Source: Candidatus Methanosuratincola verstraetei (lineage in GTDB: Archaea > Thermoproteota > Methanomethylicia > Methanomethylicales > Methanomethylicaceae). Taken from it: a DNA stretch of 64,000 bases. Numbering within the stretch: position 1 is the stretch's first letter; every line of letters starts with the position of its first letter. Of the stretch, positions 20,346 through 30,386 are shown piece by piece. Made by a program: the position numbers and the translations under genes. Where the stretch lies: contig CP186953.1 of the NCBI GenBank assembly GCA_049570475.1, positions 288,001-352,000 on the forward strand. The letters are read 5' to 3'. The notes under the pieces were generated by a model. The model did no database searches. It was given only the letters and a program-made list of their open reading frames with translations, and was not told the origin of the DNA.

Positions 20346-20981
20346 ATGGATGGCACCGGAGGGGAAATGGGCGCAAAGCTTGTCTGGTGCATGAAGGCGC
20401 TCCACGCACGGGGATTGATCACGGGTTCGGGCGGCAACGCCAGCGTCAGGCTGGGAGGGGGCGACGAGATCCTGATCACCCCGAGCGGGGTGTACAAAGC
20501 GGAACTTGAGGAGTCGGACCTTGTGAGGATGGGTCTCGACGGCAAGGTTCTCGACGGGCGGTGGAAGCCCTCGAGCGAGTGGCGCATGCACACAGAGATC
20601 TACAGGAAGAGGGGTGACGTGAACGCAGTGATCCACGTGCACAGTCCTTATACGACAGGTTTAACCATCGCAGGAAGGAATATTGGGCCAATCACGCCGG
20701 AGGTCGCGCTCATCTTGCCTGAGATTGAGGTCTTGGAATACGTGTGCCCTGGGACCGAGGATCTTGGGAGGCTGGTCGGCAGCCGGATAGCGGGCAAGCG
20801 TGCGCTCATCCTCCAGAACCACGGCGTCGTATCCGCGGGCCGCGATCTCCTTGAGGCGATGACTGCGATCGAAGTCCTTGAGGAGGGCGCGATCACCACA
20901 TTCGTCGCTTCGCTCATGGGGGGAGCAAAGGTTATCCCAAAGGAAGAGGTTGAGCTGATCAAGAGGGTTTACAAGAGGTAG
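20346..20981 (+). CDS. Class II aldolase/adducin family (fuculose-1-phosphate aldolase-like)
   Basis: GGNASVR, ITPSG, PSSEWRMH, VIHVHS, LQNHG. Confidence 0.88.
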   Translation: MDGTGGEMGAKLVWCMKALHARGLITGSGGNASVRLGGGDEILITPSGVYKAELEESDLVRMGLDGKVLDGRWKPSSEWRMHTEIYRKRGDVNAVIHVHSPYTTGLTIAGRNIGPITPEVALILPEIEVLEYVCPGTEDLGRLVGSRIAGKRALILQNHGVVSAGRDLLEAMTAIEVLEEGAITTFVASLMGGAKVIPKEEVELIKRVYKR

Positions 20982-20987
20982 ATACTC

Positions 20988-22274
20988 GTGTTGGACATCA
21001 GGGTGATCAGGGAAAATCCGGAAGCAGTCCGGTCGAACCTAGCCAGGAGGAACGACCAAGAAGTGCTCAGACTGTATGACGAGCTCCTTGTCGCTGACAG
21101 GGAGTGGAGGAGGCTCTTCACAGAGGTCGGCAGCCTCCGGGCAGCGAGGAACAGGGTCACCGAAGAGATAGCCCGGATGAAGAAGCAGGGGCTAGATGCC
21201 TCGGATAAGATAAGGGAAGCGGAGGAGATCCCGAGGAGGATAAAGGATCTAGAGAGCGAGATGGAGGCCCACAGGAAGAGGATGGACGAGATCCTGATGA
21301 GGCTCCCGAACATCATGGACGACTCCGTCCCCTACGGCAAGGACGACACCGAGAATGTGGTGATCAGGAGCTGGGGCAAGCCACGCGATATGCCGTTTAG
21401 TCCCAAAGATCACATTGACCTTGCGATGGGGCTGGATCTGGTCGACCTCGAGAGGGCTGCCAAGGTCGCCGGGGCGAGGTTCTATTACCTCAAAAACGAT
21501 CTTGTCAGGCTGAACTATGCATTGATAAGGTACGGCCTGGACTTCCTCGTCAGCAGGGGATTCATACCCTACCAGCCGCCTTACATGATGAAGAGGAAAG
21601 TGCTTGAGGGCGCAGTCTCGCTCTCCGATTTTGAGGACACGATCTACAAGGTGGAGGGTGAAGATCTCTACCTCATCGCAACCGCCGAGCATGCCCTTCT
21701 AGGGCTCCATTCTGACGAGATACTGGACGGGAAGAGCCTGCCGCTGCGCTACTGCGGCGTGAGCCCCTGCTTCAGGAAGGAGGCTGGCGCGCACGGCAGG
21801 GACACCAAGGGGATCTTCAGGGTACATCAGTTTGAGAAGGTGGAGCAGTTCATCTTCAGCCGGCCCGAAGAGTCTGCATCAGAGCATGAGCTCCTCATAA
21901 AGAACGCGGAGGAGTTCTTCCAGAGCCTTGGCATACCGTACAGGGTTGTGAACGTATGCAGCGGCGACCTTGGGACCGTGGCTGCAAAGAAGTATGACCT
22001 GGAGGCATGGCTCCCAGGCCAGGGGAAGTACAGGGAGGAGGTGTCGTGCAGCAACTGCACCTCTTACCAAGCAGTCAGGTCCAACATCAGGTACAGGGAT
22101 CGGCCCAATGAGCCCACAAAATACGTGCATACGCTCAACAGCACGCTGGTGGCGACCGAAAGGACGCTCGTCGCGATCCTGGAAAATTACCAGAACTCGG
22201 ACGGATCAGTAGACATACCGGAGGTCCTGGTGCCTTACATGCAAAACAAGAGCAAGATCACACCCAGAGGCTAA
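20988..22274 (+). CDS. serS: Seryl-tRNA synthetase (bacterial/eukaryal type)
   Basis: N-terminal coiled coil, LIATAEH, FRKEAG, RVHQFEKVEQF, SCSNCT, HTLNST. Confidence 0.96.
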   Translation: MLDIRVIRENPEAVRSNLARRNDQEVLRLYDELLVADREWRRLFTEVGSLRAARNRVTEEIARMKKQGLDASDKIREAEEIPRRIKDLESEMEAHRKRMDEILMRLPNIMDDSVPYGKDDTENVVIRSWGKPRDMPFSPKDHIDLAMGLDLVDLERAAKVAGARFYYLKNDLVRLNYALIRYGLDFLVSRGFIPYQPPYMMKRKVLEGAVSLSDFEDTIYKVEGEDLYLIATAEHALLGLHSDEILDGKSLPLRYCGVSPCFRKEAGAHGRDTKGIFRVHQFEKVEQFIFSRPEESASEHELLIKNAEEFFQSLGIPYRVVNVCSGDLGTVAAKKYDLEAWLPGQGKYREEVSCSNCTSYQAVRSNIRYRDRPNEPTKYVHTLNSTLVATERTLVAILENYQNSDGSVDIPEVLVPYMQNKSKITPRG

Positions 22275-22954
22275 AGCGCCTCTATGAGGCGAGGCACCTC
22301 ACCCAAGGAAGTAGCCAGCAGATCAGCTCCGCTCTCCCTTAGGGCATCATTGAAGATCCCAATAGCCAGAGCGATGGTCTTCGCGCCCGCAGCCTTCCCA
22401 GCCTCGATATCGGTAGGCATGTCCCCCACCATTACAGCCTGATCTGGGCGGTACCCCATCTTCCTAAGGGCGAATATGATCGGGTCCGGGTGGGGCTTCC
22501 CCCTTTTGACAAGATCCCTTGAAACGACAATCCTGAAGTACCCATCGATTGAATGGCGCTTCAGCACGTACTGGGCTTCCTTGGCGCTCCGCGTGGTGAC
22601 GATGCCCATCGCAATGCCCCTGTCCCGCAGATGGTTTAGGACTTGCTTTGCCTGCGGGAAAAGGGGGGAGTCTAGGAAGGCCGCCTTGAGCGAGCGGTAG
22701 GCGAAAATAATCATGGCGACCCTCTTGTGAGGGGGCATGCCGAGATACCGGCCTAACCTCCAAAGTAGCCTGAATCCATCGAATGGGGAGTTCCCCTGGA
22801 GCAGGATCCTCCTCAAGTTCTCGACGATATACTTCTTCTTTGCCTCTGCAGCCTTGACCCCCAAGTTCTCGAGCACCCTGATAAGGATCTGTTCCATTGG
22901 GACTATGCAGTCGACGAGTGTCCCGTCCAGATCGAATAGGACTGCCGATATCAC
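22271..22954 (-). CDS. HAD-superfamily hydrolase
   Basis: FDLDGTLVD, KPHPDP, MVGDMPTDI; GTG 22954 probable start. Confidence 0.88.
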   Translation of the reverse strand: MISAVLFDLDGTLVDCIVPMEQILIRVLENLGVKAAEAKKKYIVENLRRILLQGNSPFDGFRLLWRLGRYLGMPPHKRVAMIIFAYRSLKAAFLDSPLFPQAKQVLNHLRDRGIAMGIVTTRSAKEAQYVLKRHSIDGYFRIVVSRDLVKRGKPHPDPIIFALRKMGYRPDQAVMVGDMPTDIEAGKAAGAKTIALAIGIFNDALRESGADLLATSLGEVPRLIEAL

Positions 22955-23140
22955 TGCAAGACACCGCAGTGAATATGCTCTTTTTGGGCGGTATAATTGC
23001 TTTTGCATATCCGGATCCCCGCTTCAATAGGGCTGGCAGGGGGATGATTCTGATCGGGCATCAGGAGGGGCACATACTCCAACACAATAAAAAAAGTATA
23101 TGAACTTCAACGGCTAGACTTTCATTGGGGCAATTCGATC

Positions 23141-23494
23141 GTGAGGATAACAAAGGATGCAACCCCAGAGGATCTAGAGATTCTAGGGTTGGCGGTGCAT
23201 GAGCTTACCAACGGGATGCCCGTGACCGCCAGGTCAAAGGAGAGGAAAGGGATAAGGATCGAGAACGGCAAGGTAGTCGACCGCGACTATACCGGACCAG
23301 TCCTCGAGGAGGTTTTGGAGAAGGGAGAGACTGTTAGGAAGGTCCCTGCGACCGGCGTCTACAAGGGCCTCCCAGTCGTGGTAGTCCCCATCAGGGAAAA
23401 CGGAGAGACGGTGGCTGCCATTGGCGTAGTCGATGTCACTTTCGGGGTCTATAGCGAGATCAACATCATCGGCCGGAGGAGACCCTTGAAGTAG
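23141..23494 (+). CDS. DUF2111-like protein (methanogen-associated)
   Basis: AVHEL..MPVTARS, DRDYTGPVLEEVL, GVYKGLPVVVVPI, AAIGVVD. Confidence 0.72.
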   Translation: MRITKDATPEDLEILGLAVHELTNGMPVTARSKERKGIRIENGKVVDRDYTGPVLEEVLEKGETVRKVPATGVYKGLPVVVVPIRENGETVAAIGVVDVTFGVYSEINIIGRRRPLK

Positions 23495-24122
23495 AAGTAG
23501 AAGCAGAAGCAGAAGTCAACCCACGACCACGCCTAGGGAAGCTGGCCGAGAACGCTATGAACCACCCCACGGCAAGATCAATTACCCCCTGAGTAGTGTT
23601 CATTACAAAGACGAAGACTATGAAGCCCCAAATCGACCCGAAGAACATGGTGTTTATTACGTCCTCTATTGGCATCGACAAGAAGAGCGGGATCGCCCAG
23701 TAGTAATTAAGAGCCGCAGCGACAAGGCAACGGAATGCTATCGCGGCGACAGAGGCCACCAGTAGGATCGGCAACGGAAAGATCTTTGGTCCCTCGCCCT
23801 TTGCCCATCGACTGGCAAAGATGCCCAATACAGCGACCATTGCGATAGTCGAGAAGAACTTCATTGTGGCGCCCACGAAGTTTGCAAATCCAAAGACCGT
23901 GAGTATAAGATACATTCCGATTGCAGTGATCATCGAATACCTTGTGCCCAACACGAAAAATGCAAGCACAACTGGAAGTGCTACAAAGTCGATCGACATG
24001 CCCCAAGGCACCCTTAGGGGCAGCGCGCGGTTTATCAGTTCGAATACCGCAACCAGCGCCACCATGAGGGACACGACGGAAACCTTGTAAGCCCTGGACT
24101 CAAACCTGCTCATGCAGACCAC
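23466..24122 (-). CDS. ECF transporter S-component-like membrane protein
   Basis: ~6 TM helices, PWGMSIDFVALP, NYYWAIP, FVMNTTQG. Confidence 0.7.
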   Translation of the reverse strand: MVCMSRFESRAYKVSVVSLMVALVAVFELINRALPLRVPWGMSIDFVALPVVLAFFVLGTRYSMITAIGMYLILTVFGFANFVGATMKFFSTIAMVAVLGIFASRWAKGEGPKIFPLPILLVASVAAIAFRCLVAAALNYYWAIPLFLSMPIEDVINTMFFGSIWGFIVFVFVMNTTQGVIDLAVGWFIAFSASFPRRGRGLTSASASTSTSRVSSGR

Positions 24123-24182
24123 GCCTGTGACATAAAGTTTTCTAGAATTTAAGAGTATCTACTCAAAAAAGAGTACGAAAAG

Positions 24183-24926
24183 TTACCGAGCCTTCTTCCC
24201 GTATGGACAAACCTTGATGCACATGCCGCACACGGTCACGGCGAACTCGCCAATCCCAGGCTTCTTAGACAAGATCTCTTTCATGTTGTTCAGCCTGGCT
24301 GAACACTTTTTGGGGTCGAAGATCTCCTCCCGGGTTGAAGGCCTCGTCTTGAATTCGCGGTAGGAAAGAGCCTTGGAAGGGCATGAGAGGATGCACAAAC
24401 GGCAGTCGCCACACTTGTTGTCCATAGGGCTTCCGGAATCGAGCTCGAGATCGGTTAGCACAGTGCCTAAGCGCACCCTGGGCCCGTAGTCCGGCGTCAC
24501 GAGCAGGTTGTTACGCCCTATCCACCCCAAACCCGCTGCAAGAGCGAAGGCTTTGTGGGAGACGTGCCCCAGCTCGTTGAAAGGATCAACCCTCATGCTG
24601 GAGGGGATCGCCAACGACTCCCCTCCAAGCGAGGAGATCAACGACGCCACCCGGATCCCAATGATGTCCAGCAACTGGTTTGCGGTCTTGTAGGCCCACG
24701 CATAGAACCTGCCAGGGTCGGATTCGTGAATCAACTCAAACGCTTGCCCTGGGAGAGGCACGGCATAGGATATCGCGGACCTGAAAGTGTCCAGCCGCAG
24801 CCCATCGTAGGATGGCAGACCCTTGACTATGTCCAAGTCAGCAACCCCGACGATTGAGGCGCCAGCCTCCAATGCAGCCTTGGTGATTCTTTGGGTGATC
24901 CTACTCCTTTCCAAAGACTTCACCAC
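24183..24926 (-). CDS. Epoxyqueuosine-reductase-like cobalamin/Fe-S protein
   Basis: SHKAFALAAGLGWIGRNNL..GPRVRL, CGDCRLCILSCP, CGMCIKVCP; start estimated at GTG 24926 after AGGTGA. Confidence 0.8.
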   Translation of the reverse strand: MVKSLERSRITQRITKAALEAGASIVGVADLDIVKGLPSYDGLRLDTFRSAISYAVPLPGQAFELIHESDPGRFYAWAYKTANQLLDIIGIRVASLISSLGGESLAIPSSMRVDPFNELGHVSHKAFALAAGLGWIGRNNLLVTPDYGPRVRLGTVLTDLELDSGSPMDNKCGDCRLCILSCPSKALSYREFKTRPSTREEIFDPKKCSARLNNMKEILSKKPGIGEFAVTVCGMCIKVCPYGKKAR

Positions 24927-25035
24927 AATAGATTTCACCTGAGGCTTTTTTAAGCTTGGGGATAATGGCATGGACCCAACGATCAAAATATTGAAATTTG
25001 CCCGAATCAAGATATGACTCGGGGTGGTTACAGAA

Positions 25036-25644
25036 ATGTCATGGGATGAATGGTACAGGAAGAGGTTCCTGCCTTTCTTCAGTAGCGACTTCCCCGCGAG
25101 GTTCAGAGATCTAGACGACTGGGTGAGGGAGATGGAAGCGGAGATGGAGAGGATGTTCAGGGAATTCGAGGGCAGGGTCCCCGAGAAGCTCGTGAGGGAG
25201 AGGAAGCTTCCGGAAGGCGGCGTGATCAAGGAGATGGGTCCATTCGTCTATGGCTTTTCGGTCACATTTGGCCCGGACAGAAAGCCAGTAATCACTGAAT
25301 TCGGCAACATGAAGCCATCAGGGAGGGCACCATGGGAGCCTGCTTTCAGCCTTAAGGAAGAGAGAGAGCCGCTTGTCGATATAATCGAGGGCGAGAATGA
25401 GGTAAGGGTGGTAGCAGAGCTGCCCGGGGTTGAGAAAGAGGACATTAAGCTATACGCCACTGAAAAGACGGTCACAATCGATGTTTCAGGCAAGGAACGG
25501 AGCTACTACAAAGAGCTGGAGCTGCCGGTCGAGGTCGATCCCAGCAATTCGAAGTCGAATTACAAGAACGGAATACTCGAGGTAGTCCTAGCCAAGAAGA
25601 GGGAGAGCAAAAGGCCAAAGGGAGAGTCAATACCGATCGATTGA
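25036..25644 (+). CDS. hsp20: Archaeal small heat-shock protein Hsp20
   Basis: GPFVYGFSVTFGPD, REPLVD, AELPGVEKEDI, YKNGILEV. Confidence 0.92.
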   Translation: MSWDEWYRKRFLPFFSSDFPARFRDLDDWVREMEAEMERMFREFEGRVPEKLVRERKLPEGGVIKEMGPFVYGFSVTFGPDRKPVITEFGNMKPSGRAPWEPAFSLKEEREPLVDIIEGENEVRVVAELPGVEKEDIKLYATEKTVTIDVSGKERSYYKELELPVEVDPSNSKSNYKNGILEVVLAKKRESKRPKGESIPID

Positions 25645-25730
25645 TTGTCCTTGCCTTATCCTTTTTTATGGCATCCGACAATTTTCCAAGTGATATCCCC
25701 TCGTATGCACCCAGATGCCCGGCAAGCCTA

Positions 25731-26555
25731 TTAGCTTTTCAACGATTTCATTATGCTCTTGAGCCTTAGGGCATCCTCCCCCATGCTAATGTTGTTGAAC
25801 ATGACGTAGACCTTTTTTGATTCGGCGAAGGTGGAAATTATCGATGCGAGCCTCGACAGATCCGAATCGGTGTATCTGTATTTGTAGTTGGTCTCATCAC
25901 CCCCCAGACCGTGTAGCCTGAAATAGACCACCTCTGACTCCAAAGCAGGGAGCCTCCTCAATGGATCGACGACATGGACAAGGGAGAGGCGCTCGCAGAT
26001 CCTGCCAACCTCTTCGGGCCTTCTGCTCCAATCCCCCCTGGGCTCCCATCCCAGCGTCAGTGAGGATCGTTCGACTTTTGAAAGGAAATCAATCATGCCG
26101 GACTTTGCCTTCTCGTTGCATCCGAAGCTTGGGGGCGTCTGTATGACCAAGAAACTGCTGCCGAGCACACGGCATTCGTCAAGAATCAGATCCCATGCCC
26201 TGAAGTTCTCTGGCGTCGGTCGCAGGTGACCCAAGCCAAGGGGGTCCCCTAATTCAGGCATCTTGCCTGCCTTCTTCCATGTAGGGCTCGAGACAGGGTG
26301 CGTTATTGCCTGCCAGGCCTTGACGGAGTACTCAAATCCTGGCGGCGCTTCCTGCCTGTACTTCTCCAAGGTCTTCGAGGGAACGGGCCTGTAAAATGTG
26401 CTCTGAAGCTCAACCACATCGAATTCGCGGAAGTATGCGTTCTTGCCTCCCCTTAGGCCCCACCCACACGCCCCGATTTTCAGCAAAGATGGATCCCTCG
26501 GAAGGATCTGGCTGTTTTGGGGCGATATCTTTTTCGAGATGCCTTGTAATATCAC
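25731..26555 (-). CDS. DUF72 family protein
   Basis: VELQSTFY, SVKAWQAITH, QTPPSF, WEPRG, YFRLHG, MFNN; start uncertain. Confidence 0.88.
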   Translation of the reverse strand: MILQGISKKISPQNSQILPRDPSLLKIGACGWGLRGGKNAYFREFDVVELQSTFYRPVPSKTLEKYRQEAPPGFEYSVKAWQAITHPVSSPTWKKAGKMPELGDPLGLGHLRPTPENFRAWDLILDECRVLGSSFLVIQTPPSFGCNEKAKSGMIDFLSKVERSSLTLGWEPRGDWSRRPEEVGRICERLSLVHVVDPLRRLPALESEVVYFRLHGLGGDETNYKYRYTDSDLSRLASIISTFAESKKVYVMFNNISMGEDALRLKSIMKSLKS

Positions 26556-26584
26556 ATATGCATCAGCCCGTCGAGGTGATTGGC

Positions 26585-26920
26585 ATGCCTCCGGAGAGAA
26601 GACTGGTTGTGGAGTTCAGCATCGTCACTGTGGGTACGCAAGGGACCAGCCTAAGCGAATACGTCGCAAGGGCCTGCGAGGCAGTGAAGAATTCAGGGGT
26701 GAATTATCAGCTGACCCCAATGTGCACCATATTTGAGGCGGGAAGCCTGGATCAGGCATTCGAAGTGATCAGATCTGCTCATGAGGCAGTTCTTGAAGCA
26801 GGTGCCAAGAGGGTGCTCACAAGCATCAAGATTGATGATAGGGCGGACAAGGGGAGGACCATGGAGGACAAGGTCAAGGCAGTGGAGAATAAGCTCAGTA
26901 AACAAGATCACCAGATATGA
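26585..26920 (+). CDS. MTH1187/YkoF thiamine-binding family protein
   Basis: EFSIVTVGT..SLSEYVA, YQLTPMCT, RVLTSIKIDDR. Confidence 0.85.
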   Translation: MPPERRLVVEFSIVTVGTQGTSLSEYVARACEAVKNSGVNYQLTPMCTIFEAGSLDQAFEVIRSAHEAVLEAGAKRVLTSIKIDDRADKGRTMEDKVKAVENKLSKQDHQI

Positions 26921-27617
26921 AACGCCTAGTCCTTTGGTCCATGGGACTGTTGAAGAAGCGCTCGGTCTCCTGCACCTCCACCATCTCGCCCTCAAGAAGC
27001 AGCCCAACCCTCTTGGCCAGACGCCTTGCCTGGAATATGTTATGCGTGACCAGAACGATCGTCTTCCCTTGAAGGTTCGCGTTCCTGAGCGCGCCCTCGA
27101 TTATCAGCGTATTAGCAGGATCGAGGTTAGCGGTGGGCTCATCGAGCAGTATCAGATCAGGGTCGTAGACGAGAACGCGCGCAAGGGCGACCCTCTGCGC
27201 CTCGCCCCCGGAGAGGGTCAACGCGCTCCTTTTCGCCAGATCCTTGAGAACGACCAGGCTGAGCGCGGCCTCGACTTTCTGCCTGATTAGGTCATTGGGC
27301 AGGCCACGGAATCTTAGGCTATAAGCCACATTCTCGTAGACCGAAGCATCAAATAGCACAGTGTTTTGGAATACCATGCCCACATTTGGCCTTATCGCAG
27401 GCGCAGTTTCCTTTGTAAGCCTAGTCCCGCCAATCAATATTTCTCCGGAGTCTGGGAAGTCGAGCCCGTCGATGAGCCTGAGGAGCGTGGTCTTGCCGGA
27501 GCCGCTGGGGCCCACGATCGATATCAGCTCGCCTTGCTGGATCTCTAGAGAAACACCCTTGAGGATCTCCTTGTCAGAGTGGCGCTTTCGGATCGATCGT
27601 AACTCAACGAAAGCCAC
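26895..27617 (-). CDS. tupC: Tungstate ABC transporter ATPase
   Basis: GPSGSGKT, LSGGEAQR, LLDEPT; operon with tupAB. Confidence 0.85.
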   Translation of the reverse strand: MAFVELRSIRKRHSDKEILKGVSLEIQQGELISIVGPSGSGKTTLLRLIDGLDFPDSGEILIGGTRLTKETAPAIRPNVGMVFQNTVLFDASVYENVAYSLRFRGLPNDLIRQKVEAALSLVVLKDLAKRSALTLSGGEAQRVALARVLVYDPDLILLDEPTANLDPANTLIIEGALRNANLQGKTIVLVTHNIFQARRLAKRVGLLLEGEMVEVQETERFFNSPMDQRTRRFISGDLVY

Positions 27618-27623
27618 AGCGTT

Positions 27624-28334
27624 TCACCTTCTCTTCCTGTATTTAATCTGGAGGACTGTGAGCAGCAGGTTGATGCCGAATGAGACGGTCAGCAGGATTA
27701 TGCCCAGGGCTATTGCAAGGGCGAACTCGCCCGTATTTGTGTAGAGCATTATTGCGGTGGTGAGGGCCCTCGTGTACCCGAGGATATTGCCGCCGACCAT
27801 CATTATCGCTCCCACTTCAGAGATTGCCGCTCCGAATGCGGCTATGACGGCAGCGATCAGCCCAATCCTGCTCTCCCTGAGCAGTATTGCGGCCTCCCAT
27901 AGCTTCGGCGCCGAGAGCGACTGCAGGGTTTCCTTAAGATTCGGATCAAGCCCGAGGATGGAGGAGATGGTGAGGCCGCAAACGACCGGGAAAGTCAGCA
28001 GCGTCTGGGCGAGGATCATTGCCTGCGGCGTGTAGAGTATCCTTAGGAAGCCGAGGGGTCCAGACGAGGACAGGATCAAGTACACAACCAAACCTACGAC
28101 TACTGGCGGCACACCCATGAAGGTATTTATCACCGCAACGAGCAGCGACCTGCCGCAGAAACTCCGGCTAGCGATCAGGAATCCCAAAGGCACGCCAAAG
28201 GCAGCGCCCACCATTGTCGCGACCACAGAGACCTTGAGGGAGAGGGCAGTGATCCCTAAGACCTCTGGATCAGAGGAGAGGATCAGCCCAAAAGCCTTCG
28301 AAATCCCGTCCAAGAAGATCTCAATCCCGCCCAT
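27624..28334 (-). CDS. tupB: Tungstate ABC transporter permease
   Basis: MGVPPVVVGL, ISEVGAIMMVGGNI..TRALTTAI. Confidence 0.88.
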   Translation of the reverse strand: MGGIEIFLDGISKAFGLILSSDPEVLGITALSLKVSVVATMVGAAFGVPLGFLIASRSFCGRSLLVAVINTFMGVPPVVVGLVVYLILSSSGPLGFLRILYTPQAMILAQTLLTFPVVCGLTISSILGLDPNLKETLQSLSAPKLWEAAILLRESRIGLIAAVIAAFGAAISEVGAIMMVGGNILGYTRALTTAIMLYTNTGEFALAIALGIILLTVSFGINLLLTVLQIKYRKRR

Positions 28335-28349
28335 CGAGCCGACCCCACA

Positions 28350-29267
28350 TCACCTATGCGCCCTCAGGTCCTCAATGAAAGCCACCGCTTCATCTTCAGG
28401 GGGCAGACCGAGGCATTCTGTTTTGCCATAGACAGGGAAGAAGAGCCGTTCTCCCGACAACGTGTAGTTGCCAATAAGCCCTTGCCCTTCAGGGCTTGTG
28501 ATGAAGAGAAGGAAGTCTATAGCATACCCGTACCTTATGTTCGGGTATCGAGAGGGGTTGAGCAGCACTAGGCTGTACGGGTTAAAGAGGGCAGGATCGC
28601 CTTCGCAGACCACTATCAGCTTGAGGGCATCACCCATCGATTCCTTGAGCTTGCAGAAGGTTGCCCTGTCGGTGATGGTATAGGCGCCGAGCTCGTTGGC
28701 AAGCCTCAGAGTTGCAGCCATCCCAGATCCTGCGGACTTGTACCAACCTGAGTTTTCATAGTCCCGGATCCCCGAGGCAGCCCACAGGCGCTTCTCAAGC
28801 GAATGCGTCCCGGAGCCGTCGCCTCGGGAGATGAAGAGTGCCGTCCCCGATCTGCCCGCATCCGCTATCCTCCCCATGCAGACTTTTGCATCCTGCGAGG
28901 AGGCCCTCGCCGGGTCCCCAATTGGACCGACCACAATGAAGTCATTGTAGAAGACGGTCACCCTCAGTGTGCCGTTCCCCGACGAGACAAACTGCTCTTC
29001 CCTCTCCCTATCATGTATCAGAAGTATATCGGCATCCCCCCTTGACGCGACTGCCATGGCTTGCCCAGTCCCCAGGGATATCCATGAAAGAGAGACCCCG
29101 TATTCAGCCTCGAAGTAGGGCTTGATGTAATCAATCAGCCCTGAGTCGGCAGTGCTGGTGGTCGTTGCGACAATAACCTTCTCGCCAGACGTGCCCAAGA
29201 AGGCAATGGAAAAAAGGACTGCGAGTATTGCTGCCGAAGCCAGAAGAGCCGCCTTGGAGGGATCCAC
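28350..29267 (-). CDS. tupA: Tungstate ABC transporter substrate-binding protein
   Basis: ATTTSTADSGL (TupA TTTS motif), SRGDGSGTH, NPYS. Confidence 0.88.
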   Translation of the reverse strand: MDPSKAALLASAAILAVLFSIAFLGTSGEKVIVATTTSTADSGLIDYIKPYFEAEYGVSLSWISLGTGQAMAVASRGDADILLIHDREREEQFVSSGNGTLRVTVFYNDFIVVGPIGDPARASSQDAKVCMGRIADAGRSGTALFISRGDGSGTHSLEKRLWAASGIRDYENSGWYKSAGSGMAATLRLANELGAYTITDRATFCKLKESMGDALKLIVVCEGDPALFNPYSLVLLNPSRYPNIRYGYAIDFLLFITSPEGQGLIGNYTLSGERLFFPVYGKTECLGLPPEDEAVAFIEDLRAHR

Positions 29268-29288
29268 AACCTACACCACAGCGAATAC

Positions 29289-29312
29289 CGATATATTCTA
29301 GACAATATAACG
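29289..29312. promoter_or_regulatory. ModE-box-like operator
   Basis: CGATATAT-N8-ATATAACG between divergent tupA and the ModE-like regulator. Confidence 0.7.
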
Positions 29313-29348
29313 CTTACTGTTATATCCCTGATCTGCTGAGGATCACCC

Positions 29349-30386
29349 ATGGAGCCAAGGTTTCAGGTCTGGCTCGAAGAGGGCGGGAAGTACATCATAG
29401 GGGAGAAGGAAGCCAGGGTCCTGGAGGGGATAAGGAGCTACGGTTCGCTGATCGCGGCAGCAAAGTCAGCTGGAATGACATACGCTTACGCATGGAACTT
29501 AATCGAGGAGCTGTCTGCGAGGGTTGGAGAGGAGATGGTGGTGGCGAGGAGGGGCGGGGGGGACGGGGGAGGCACAGCTCTCACCGCAAAAGGGGAAGAG
29601 CTTCTTGAGAGGTACCTAGACCTCGAGGCGAGGGTGGGCAGCTACTTGGGGACAAGGACAAAGAGGGTCTTCCGAGAATTCAGGAGGTCGGATCTCGTAA
29701 TCGCAGGCAGCAGCTGCATTGGGGTAAAGCTGATCTCTGGCCTAATCAAGGGGGTCTCAGTCGAGGTCGCGGAGGTAGGATCCACGGCAGGGATCACCGC
29801 GGTGATGATAGGCGAGGCTGACCTCGCAGGGCTACACCTCTATGACGATGAGAGCGGGGAGTACAACACCCCCTTCATCAAGAGGTTCTGGCAGGCTGGT
29901 TCAGCTATACTGATTAAGGGATACCTGAGGGAGCAGGGGTTCATAGTCAAGAGAGGGAACCCCAAAGGGCTCTCGTCACTCAGGGATTTAGTGCAGAAGA
30001 GGTGCAGGATTGCAAACAGGAATGCAGGCTCGGGAACACGAAGCATCCTGGAGAGGCTGATCATCCAGGAGGGCATTGATCCAGCGGAACTAAGAGGTTA
30101 CGAACACGAGCTCAGGACGCATGAGGAGGTCGCAAAGGAAGTATACGAGGGCAGGGCGGACGCGGGCATCGGTTTGAGGGGGGCTGCGGAAGCACTCGGC
30201 CTCGGCTTCATAAAGATCTGCGATGAGGAATTCGACTTCGTGTGCGATAAGAGGAGGCTCCACAAAAAGGGGGTGCAGATCTTCATGAATGCCCTCCGTA
30301 GCGAAGAGTTCAGAGACCGGCTGGAGCAGGTGCCAGGACTCCGATGCACTCCGGAGACAGGCAGCATAATTGAGGTCAAGGGCTGA
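29349..30386 (+). CDS. ModE-type wHTH fused to PBP-like oxyanion-binding domain
   Basis: GSLIAAAKSAGMTYAYAW..RRGGGDGGGTALT; C-terminal REQG, NRNAGSGTR domain. Confidence 0.85.
   Translation: MEPRFQVWLEEGGKYIIGEKEARVLEGIRSYGSLIAAAKSAGMTYAYAWNLIEELSARVGEEMVVARRGGGDGGGTALTAKGEELLERYLDLEARVGSYLGTRTKRVFREFRRSDLVIAGSSCIGVKLISGLIKGVSVEVAEVGSTAGITAVMIGEADLAGLHLYDDESGEYNTPFIKRFWQAGSAILIKGYLREQGFIVKRGNPKGLSSLRDLVQKRCRIANRNAGSGTRSILERLIIQEGIDPAELRGYEHELRTHEEVAKEVYEGRADAGIGLRGAAEALGLGFIKICDEEFDFVCDKRRLHKKGVQIFMNALRSEEFRDRLEQVPGLRCTPETGSIIEVKG

Noticed and set aside
23489-23517. AGAAGY hexamer run at the convergent DUF2111/ECF overlap
   Set aside because: Short microsatellite encoding a Ser/Thr/Ala tail; no evidence of function.
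24927-25229. Long N-terminal extension of the QueG-like ORF
   Set aside because: Antisense shadow of hsp20; the true start is near 24926.
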